Source: the human T2T-CHM13v2.0 reference genome, Homo sapiens. From it: a stretch of DNA of 64,000 nt. Shown here in pieces: positions 55,001 through 64,000 of this stretch (position 1 is its first letter; every line of letters starts with the position of its first letter). A program made the position numbers and the translations under genes. Under the pieces are notes generated by a model, which worked only from the letters and a program-made list of their open reading frames with translations, was not told the DNA's origin and did no database searches. Where the stretch lies: assembly GCF_009914755.1 (NCBI RefSeq), contig NC_060943.1. One strand, 5' to 3'.

Positions 55001-58000
55001 TGTGATGTGTGCGTTCAACTCACAGAGTTTAACCTTTCTTTTCATAGAGCAGTCAGGAAACACTCTGTTTGTAAAGTCTGCAAGTGGATATTCAGACCTC
55101 CTTGAGGCCTTCGTTGGAAACGGGATTTCTTCATATTATGCTAGACAGAAGAATTCTCAGTAACTTCCTTGTGTTGTGTGTATTCAACTCACAGAGTTGA
55201 ACGATCCTTTACACAGAGCAGACTTGAAACACTCTTTTTGTGGAATTTGCAAGTGGAGATTTCAGCCGCTTTGAGTTCAATGGTAGAATAGGAAATATCT
55301 TCCTATAGAAACTAGACAGAATGATTCTCAGAAACTCCTTTGTGATGTGTGCGTTCAACTCACAGAGTTCAACCTTTCTTTTCATAGAGCAGTTGGGAAA
55401 CACTCTGTTTGTAAAGTCTGCAAGTGGATATTCAGACTTCTTTGAGGCCTTCGTTGGAAGCGGGATTTCTTCATATTCTGCTAGACAGAAGAATTCTCAG
55501 TAACTTCCTTGTGTTGTGTGTATTCAACTCACAGAGTTGAACGATCCTTTACACAGAGCAGACTTGAAACACTCTTTTTGTGGAATTTGCAAGTGGAGAT
55601 TTCAGCCGCTTTGAGGTCAATGGTAGAATAGGAAATATCTTCCTATAGTAACTAGACAGAATGATTCTCAGAAACTCCTTTGTGATGTGTGCGTTCAACT
55701 CACAGAGTTTAACCTTTCTTTTCATAGAGCAGTTAGGAAACACTCTGTTTGTAAAGTCTGCAAGTGGATATTCAGACATCCTTGAGGCTTTCGTTGGAAA
55801 CGGGATTTCTTCATATTCTGTTAGAAAGAAGAATTCTCAGTAACTTCCTTGTGTTGTGTGTATTCAACTCACAGAGTTGAACGATCCTTTACACAGAGCA
55901 GACTTGAAACACTCTTTTTGTGGAATTTGCAAGTGGAGATTTCAGCCGCTTTGAGTTCAATGGTAGAATAGGAAATATCTTCCTATAGAAACTAGACAGA
56001 ATGATTCTCAGAAACTCCTTTGTGATGTGTGCGTTCAACTCACAGAGTTCAACCTTTCTTTTCATAGAGCAGTTGGGAAACACTCTGTTTGTAAAGTCTG
56101 CAAGTGGATATTCAGACTTCTTTGAGGCCTTCGTTGGAAGCGGGATTTCTTCATATTCTGCTAGACAGAAGAATTCTCAGTAACTTCCTTGTGTTGTGTG
56201 TATTCAACTCACAGAGTTGAACAATCCTTTACACAGAGCAGACTTGAAACACTCTTTTTGTGGAATTTGCAAGTGGAGATTTCAGCCGCTTTGAGGTCAA
56301 TGGTAGAATAGGAAATATCTTCCTATAGAAACTAGACAGAATGATTCTCAGAAACTCCTTTGTGATGTGTGCGTTCAACTCACAGAGTTTAACCTTTCTT
56401 TTCATAGAGTAGTTAGGAAACACTCTGTTTGTAAAGTCTGCAAGTGGATATTCAGACATCCTTGAGGCTTTCGTTGGAAACGGGATTTCTTCATATTCTG
56501 TTAGAAAGAAGAATTCTCAGTAACTTCCTTGTGTTGTGTGTATTCAACTCACAGAGTTGAAGGATCCTTTACACAGAGCAGACTTGAAACACTCTTTTTG
56601 TGGAATTTGCAAGTGGAGATTTCAGCCGCTTTGAGGTCAATGGTAGAATAGGAAATATCTTCCTATAGAAACTAGACAGAATGATTCTCAGAAACTCCTT
56701 TGTGATGTGTGCGTTCAACTCACAGAGTTCAACCTTTCTTTTCATAGAGCAGTTAGGAAACACTCTGTTTGTAAAGTCTGCAAGTGGATATTCAGACTTC
56801 TTTGAGGCTTTCGTTGGAAACGGGATTTCTTCATATTCTGCTAGACAGAAGAATTCTCAGAAACTTCGTTGTGTTGTGTGTTTTCAACTCACAGAGTTCA
56901 ACGATCCTTTACACAGAGTAGACTTGAAACACTCTTTTTGTGGAATTGGCAGGGTGGAGATTTCAGCCGCTTTGAAGTCAATGGTAGAAAAGGAAATATC
57001 TTCGTATAAAAACTAGACAGAGTGATTCTCAGAAACTCCTTTGTGATGTCTGCGTTCAACTCACAGAGTTTAACCTTTCTTTTCATAGAGCAGTTAGGAA
57101 ACACTCTGTTTGAAAAGTCTGCAAGTGGATATTCAGACCTCCTTGAGGCCTTCGTTGGAAACGGGATTTCTTCATATTCTGCTATACAGAAGAATTCTCA
57201 GAAACTTCCTTGTGGTGTGTATTCAACTCACAGAGTTGAACGATCGTTTACACAGAGCAGACTTGAGACACTCTTTTTGTGGAATTTGTAAGTGGAGATT
57301 TCAGCCGCTTTGAGGTCAATGGTAGAAAAGGAAATATCTTCATATAAAAACTAGACAGAATGATTCTCAGAAACTCCTTTGTGATGTGTGCGTTCAACTC
57401 ACAGAGTTTAACCTTTCTTTTCATAGAGCAGTTAGGAAACACTCTGTTTGTAAAGTCTGCAAGTGGATATTCAGACCTCCCTGAGGCCTTCGTTGGAAAC
57501 GGGATTTCTTCATATTATGCTAGACAGAAGAATTCTCAGTAACTTCCTTGTGTTGTGTGTATTCAACTCACAGAGTTGAACGATCCTTTACACAGAGCAG
57601 ACTTGAAACACTCTTTTTGTGGAATTTGCAAGTGGAGATTTCAGCCGCTTTGAGGTCAATGGTAGAATAGGAAATATCTTCCTATAGAAACTAGACAGAA
57701 TATTTCTGAGAAACTCCTTTGTGATGTGTGCGTTCAACTCACAGAGTTTAACCTTTCTTTTCATAGAGCAGTTAGGAAACACTCTGTTTGTAAAGTCTGC
57801 AAGTGGATATTCAGACCTCCTTGAGGCCTTCGTTGGAAACGGGATTTCTTCATATTATGCTAGACAGAAGAATTCTCAGTAACTTCCTTGTGTTGTGTGT
57901 ATTTAACTCACAGAGTTGAACGATCCTTTACACAGAGCAGACTTGAAACACTCTTTTTGTGGAATTTGCAAGTGGAGATTTCAGCCGCTTTGAGTTCAAT

Positions 58001-58445
58001 GGTAGAATAGGAAATATCTTCCTATAGAAACTAGACAGAATGATTCTCAGAAACTCCTTTGTGATGTGTGCGTTCAACTCACAGAGTTCAAACTTTCTTT
58101 TCATAGAGCAGTTGGGAAACACTCTGTTTGTAAAGTCTGCAAGTGGATATTCAGACTTCTTTGAGGCCTTCGCTGGAAGCGGGATTTCTTCATATTCTGC
58201 TAGACAGAAGAATTCTCAGTAACTTCCTTGTGTTGTGTGTATTCAACTCACAGAGTTGAACGATCCTTTACACAGAGCAGACTTGAAACACTCTTTTTGT
58301 GGAATTTGCAAGTGGAGATTTCAGCCGCTTTGAGGTCAATGGTAGAAAAGGAAATATCTTCGTATAAAAACTAGACAGAATGATTCTCAGAAACTACTTT
58401 GTGATGTGTGCGTTCAACTCACAGAGTTTAACCTTTCTTTTCATA
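51645..58445 (+). repeat. Tandem duplication of a 10-dimer (3399-bp) block
   Basis: Shared variants: CAGTCAGG 51651/55050, CTATAGTAAC 52244/55643, AACAATCC 52821/56220, GGATCC 53163/56562, GGCAGGG 53549/56948, 2-bp deletion TGTGGTGTGTATT ~53812/57211, ATATTTCTGA 54301/57700, TCGCTGG 54771/58170. Confidence 0.94.
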
Positions 58446-61400
58446 GAGCAGTTAGGAAACACTCTGTTTGTAAAGTCTGCAAGTGGATATTCAGACCTCC
58501 TTGAGGCCTTCGTTGGAAACGGGATTTCTTCATATTATGCTAGACAGAAGAATTCTACGTAACTTCCTTGTGTTGTGTGTATTCAACTCACAGAGTTGAA
58601 CGATCCTTTACACAGAGCAGACTTGAAACACTCTTTTTGTGGAATTTGCAAGTGGAGATTTCAGCCGCTTTGAGTTCAATGGTAGAATAGGAAATATCTT
58701 CCTATAGAAACTAGACAGAATGATTCTGAGAAACTCCTTTGTGATGTGTGCGTTCAACTCACAGAGTTTAACCTTTCTTTTCATAGAGCAGTTAGGAAAC
58801 ACTCTGTTTGTAAAGTCTGCAAGTGGATATTCAGACCTCCTTGAGGCCTTCGTTGGAAACGGGATTTCTTCATATTATGCTAGACAGAAGAATTCTCAGT
58901 AACTTCCTTGTGTTGTGTGTATTCAACTCACAGAGTTGAACGATCCTTTACACAGAGCAGACTTGAAACACTCTTTTTGTGGAATTTGCAAGTGGAGATT
59001 TCAGCCGCTTTGAGGTCAATGGTAGAATAGGAAATATCTTCCTATAGAAACTAGACAGAATGATTCTGAGAAACTCCTTTGTGATGTGTGCGTTCAACTC
59101 ACAGAGTTTAACCTTTCTTTTCATAGAGCAGTTAGGAAACACTCTGTTTGTAAAGTCTGCAAGTGGATATTCAGACCTCCTTGAGGCCTTCGTTGGAAAC
59201 GGGATTTCTTCATATTATGCTAGACAGAAGAATTCTCAGTAACTTCCTTGTGTTGTGTGTATTCAACTCACAGAGTTGAACGATCCTTTACACAGAGCAG
59301 ACTTGAAACACTCTTTTTGTGGAATTTGCAAGTGGAGATTTCAGCCGCTTTGAGGTCAATGGTAGAATAGGAAATATCTTCCTATAGAAACTAGACAGAA
59401 TGATTCTCAGAAACTCCTTTGTGATGTGTGCGTTCAACTCACAGAGTTCAACCTTTCTTGTCATAGAGCAGTTGGGAAACACTCTGTTTGTAAAGTCTGC
59501 AAGTGGATATTCAGACTTCTTTGAGGCCTTCGTTGGAAGCGGGATTTCTTCATATTCTGCTAGACAGAAGAATTCTCAGTAACTTCCTTGTGTTGTGTGT
59601 ATTCAACTCACAGAGTTGAACGATCCTTTACACAGAGCAGACTTCAAACACTCTTTTTGTGGAATTTGCAAGTGGAGATTTTAGACGCTTTGAGGTCAAT
59701 GGTAGAATAGGAAATATCTTCCTATAGAAACTAGACAGAATGATTCTCAGAAACTCCTTTGTGATGTGTGCGTTCAACTCACAGAGTTTAACCTTTCTTT
59801 TCATAGAGCAGTTAGGAAACACTCTGTTTGTAAAGTCTGCAAGTGGATATTCAGACATCCTTGAGGCTTTCGTTGGAAACGGGATTTCTCCATATTCTGT
59901 TAGAAAAAGAATTCTCAGTAACTTCCTTGTGTTGTGTGTATTCAACTCACAGAGTTGAATGATCCTTTACACAGAGCAGACTTGAAACACTCTTTTTGTG
60001 GAATTTGCAAGTGGAGATTTCAGCCGCTTTGAGTTCAATGGTAGAATAGGAAATATCTTCCTATAGAAACTAGACAGAATGATTCTCAGAAACTCCTTTG
60101 TGATGTGGGCGTTCAACTCACAGAGTTCAACCTTTCTTTTCATAGAGCTGTTGGGAAACACTCTGTTTGTAAAGTCTGCAAGTGGATATTCAGACTTGTT
60201 TGAGGCCTTCGTTGGAAGCGGGATTTCTTCATATTCTGCTTGACAGAAGAATTCTCAGTAACTTCCTTGTGTTGTGTGTATTCAACTCACAGAGTTGAAC
60301 GATCCTTTACACAGAACAGACTTGAAACACTCTTTTTGTGGAATTTGCAAGTGCAGATTTCAGCCGCTTTGAGGTCAATGGTAGAATAGGAAATATCTTC
60401 CTATAGAAACTAGACAGAATGATTCTCAGAAACTCCTTTGTGATGTGTGCGTTCAACTCACAGAGTTTAACCTTTCATTTCATAGAGCAGTTAGGAAACA
60501 CTCTGTTTGTAAAGTCTGCAAGTGGATATTCAGACATCCTTGAGGCTTTCGTTGGAAACGGGATTTCTTCATATTCTGCTAGAAAGAAGAATTCTCAGTA
60601 ACTTCCTTGTGTTGTGTGTATTCAACTCACAGATTTGAACGATCGTTTACACAGAGCAGACTTGAGACACTCTTTTTGTGGAATTTGTAAGTGGAGATTT
60701 CAGCCGCTTTGAGGTCAATGGTAGAAAAGGAAATATCTTCATATAAAAACTAGACAGAATGATTCTCAGAAACTCCTTTGTGATGTGTGCGTTCAACTCA
60801 CAGAGTTTAACCTTTCTTTTCATAGAGCAGTTAGGAAACACTCTGTTTGTAACGTCTGCAAGTGAATATTCAGACCTCTTTGAGGCCTTCGTTGGAAACG
60901 GGATTTCTTCATATTAAGCTAGACAGAAGAATTCTCAATAACTTCCTTGTGTTGTGTGTATTCAACTCACAGAGTTGAACGATCCTTTACACAGAGCAGA
61001 CTTGAAACACTCTTTTTGTGGAATTTGCAAGTGGAGATTTCAGCCCCTTTGAGGTCAATGGTAGAATAGGAAATATCTTCCTATAGAAAGTAGACAGAAT
61101 GATTCTCAGAAACTCCTTTGTGATGTGTGCGTTCAACTCACAGAGTTTAACCTTTCTTTTCATAGAGCAGTTAGGAAACACTCTGTTTGTAAAGTCTGCA
61201 AGTGGATATTCAGACCTCCTTGAGGCCTTCGTTGGAAACGGGATTTCTTCATATTATGCTAGACAGAAGAATTCTCAGTAACTTCCTTGTGTTGTGTGTA
61301 TTCAACTCACAGAGTTGAACGATCCTTTACACAGAGCAGACTTGAAACACTCTTTTTGTGGAATTTGCAAGTGGAGATTTCAGCCGCTTTGAGTTCAATG

Positions 61401-64000
61401 GTAGAAAAGGAAATATCTTCCTATAGAAACTAGACAAAATGATTCTGAGAAACTCCTTTGTGATGTGTGCGTTCAACTCACAGAGTTCAACCTTTCTTTT
61501 CATAGAGCAGTTAGGAAACACTCTGTTTGTAAAGTCTGCAAGTGGATATTCAGACTTCTTTGAGGCTTTCGTTGGAAACGAGATTTCTTCATATTCTGCT
61601 AGACAGAAGAATTCTCAGAAACTTCGTTGTGTTGTGTGTTTTCAACTCACAGAGTTCAACGATCCTTTACACAGAGAAGACTTGAAACACTCTTTTTGTG
61701 GAATTGGCAGGGTGGAGATTTCAGCCGCTTTGAGGTCAATGGTAGAAAAGGAAATATCTTCGTATAAAAACTAGACAGAGTGATTCTCAGAAACTCCTTT
61801 GTGATGTCTGCGTTCAACTCACAGAGTTTAACCTTTCTTTTCATAGAGCAGTTAGGAAACACTCTGTTTGTAAAGTCTGCAAGTGGATATTCAGACCTCC
61901 TTGAGGCCTTCGTTGGAAACGGGATTTCTTCATATTCTGCTATACAGAAGAATTCTCAGAAACTTCCTTGTGTTGTGTGTATTCAACTCACAGAGTTGAA
62001 CGATCGTTTACACAGAGCAGACTTGAGACACTCTTTTTGTGGAATTTGTAAGTGGAGATTTCAGCCGCTTTGAGGTCAATGGTAGAAAAGGAAATATCTT
62101 CATATAAAAACTAGACAGAATGATTATCAGAAACTCCTTTGTGATGTGTGCGTTCAACTCACAGAGTTTAACCTTTCTTTTCATAGAGCAGTTAGGAAAC
62201 ACTCTGTTTGTAAAGTCTGCAAGTGGATATTCAGACCTCTTTGAGGCCTTCGTTGGAAACGGGATTTCTTCATATTATGCTAGACAGAAGAATTCTCAGT
62301 AACTTCCTTGTGTTGTGTGTATTCAACTCACAGAGTTGAACGATCCTTTACACAGAGGAGACTTGAAACACTCTTTTTGTGGAATTTGCAAGTGGAGATT
62401 TCAGCCGCTTTGAGGTCAATGGTAGAAAAGGAAATATCTTCGTATAAAAACTAGACAGAATGATTCTCAGAAACTCCTTTGTGATGTGTGCGTTCAACTC
62501 ACAGAGTTTAACCTTTCTTTTCATAGAGCAGTTAGGAAACACTCTGTTTGTAAAGTCTGCAAGTGGATATTCAGACCTCCTTGAGGCCTTCGTTGGAAAC
62601 GGGATTTCTTCATATTATGCTAGACAGAAGAATTCTCAGTAACTTCCTTGTGTTGTGTGTATTCAACTCACAGAGTTGAACGATCCTTTACACAGAGCAG
62701 ACTTGAAACACTCTTTTTGTGGAATTTGCAAGTGGAGATTTCAGCCGCTTTGAGGTCAATGGTAGAATAGGAAATATCTTCCTATAGAAACTAGACAGAA
62801 TGATTCTGAGAAACTCCTTTGTGATGTGTGCGTTCAACTCACAGAGTTTAACCTTTCTTTTCATAGAGCAGTTAGGAAACACTCTGTTTGTAAAGTCTGC
62901 AAGTGGATATTCAGACCTCTTTGAGGCCTTCGTTGGAAACGGGATTTCTTCATATTATGCTAGACAGAAGAATTCTCAGTAACTTCCTTGTGTTGTGTGT
63001 ATTCAACTCACAGAGTTGAACGATCCTTTACACAGAGCAGACTTGAAACACTCTTTTTGTGGAATTTGCAAGTGGAGATTTCAGCCGCTTTGAGTTCAAT
63101 GGTAGAATAGGAAATATCTTCCTATAGAAACTAGACAGAATGATTCTCAGAAACTCCTTTGTGATGTGTGCGTTCAACTCACAGAGTTCAACCTTTCTTT
63201 TCATAGAGCAGTTGGGAAACACTCTGTTTGTAAAGTCTGCAAGTGGATATTCAGACTTCTTTGAGGCCTTCGTTGGAAGCGGGATTTCTTCATATTCTGC
63301 TAGACAGAAGAATTCTCAGTAACTTCCTTGTGTTGTGTGTATTCAACTCACAGAGTTGAATGATCCTTTACACAGAACAGTCTTGAAACACTCTTTTTGT
63401 GGAATTTGCAAGTGGAGATTTCAGCCGCTTTGAGGTCAATGGTAGAATAGGAAATATCTTCCTATAGAAACTAGACAGAATGATTCTCAGAAACTCCTTT
63501 GTGATGTGTGCGTTCAACTCACAGAGTTTAACCTTTCTTTTCATAGAGCAGTTAGGAAACACTCTGTTTGTAAAGTCTGCAAGTGGATATTCAGACATCT
63601 TTGAGGCTTTCGTTGGAAACGGGATTTCTTCATATTCTGCTAGACAGAAGAATTCTCAGAAACTTCGTTGTGTTGTGTGTTTTCAACTCACAGAGTTCAA
63701 CGATCCTTTACACAGAGTAGACTTGAAACACTCTTTTTGTGGAATTGGCAGGGTGGAGATTTCAGCCGCTTTGAGGTCAATGGTAGAAAAGGAAATATCT
63801 TCGTATAAAAACAAGACAGAGTGATTCTCAGAAACTCCTTTGTGATGTCTGCGTTCAACTCACAGAGTTTAACCTTCCTTTTCATAGAGCAGTTAGGAAA
63901 CACTCTGTTTGTAAATTCTGCAAGTGGATATTCAGACCTCCTTGAGGCCTTCGTTGGAAACGGGATTTCTTCATATTCTGCTATACAGAAGAATTCTCAG

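Larger units (their letters stand above)
1..64000 (+). repeat. Centromeric alpha-satellite array, SF1 340-bp dimer (probably D1Z7/D5Z2/D19Z3 = S1C1/5/19H1L), about 188 dimers head-to-tail
   Basis: Alphoid motifs (ATTCTCAGAAACT, TTCAACTCACAGAGTT, GAAACACTCT, TGCAAGTGGA) recur about every 170 bp. The ORF-track starts recur at exactly 340 bp apart from 13 small indels. A CENP-B box sits in every second monomer and GAATTC occurs once per dimer. The alpha-satellite and SF1 calls are secure. The array name rests on my recognition of the sequence, and which of chr1/5/19 it is cannot be determined here. Confidence 0.97.

Noticed and set aside
479-63903. Hundreds of 60-115 aa ORFs on both strands (MILRNSFVMCAF..., MFPNCSMKRKV...)
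   Set aside because: They are the same satellite frames repeated every 340 bp. They are freely broken or extended by SNVs and indels, many use non-ATG starts, and none has a recognisable domain or gene structure. They are not CDS.
1-64000. CRISPR-like or diversity-generating cassette array
   Set aside because: There are no unique spacers and no cas, reverse transcriptase or recombinase genes. Units are near-identical along their entire length.
1-64000. Embedded transposon (L1/Alu), inversion or foreign insert
   Set aside because: The 340-bp phase holds from end to end with only 1-4 bp indels. Every stretch read matches the dimer on the same strand.
1-64000. A single fixed higher-order repeat longer than the dimer
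   Set aside because: Dimer types recur in loose 2-4 dimer phrases, but the observed periods (680, 2040, 3060, 3399, 8160, 24815) are local and differ along the window.

Overview
The whole 64 kb is one uninterrupted, single-orientation human-type centromeric alpha-satellite array. It is built from about 188 copies of a 340-bp dimer: a 169-bp B-type monomer carrying a CENP-B box plus a 171-bp A-type monomer, with one EcoRI site per dimer. This is suprachromosomal family 1 (J1/J2), most likely the D1Z7/D5Z2/D19Z3 (S1C1/5/19H1L) array shared by chromosomes 1, 5 and 19. I see no genes, RNA genes, transposons, CRISPR arrays or inversions; the ORF track is the repeat translated once per 340 bp. I did not find a new coding system. 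The information lies in rare variants, read by eye and cross-checked with the ORF-track offsets. They show nested duplications (offsets 8160, 24815, 3060, 3060, 2040 and 3399 bp), apparent short gene-conversion tracts, and a 4-bp deletion that seems to have arisen twice. They also show a switch in dimer haplotypes at about 38-46 kb and an uneven distribution of broken CENP-B boxes. Breakpoints are approximate and all counts are manual.
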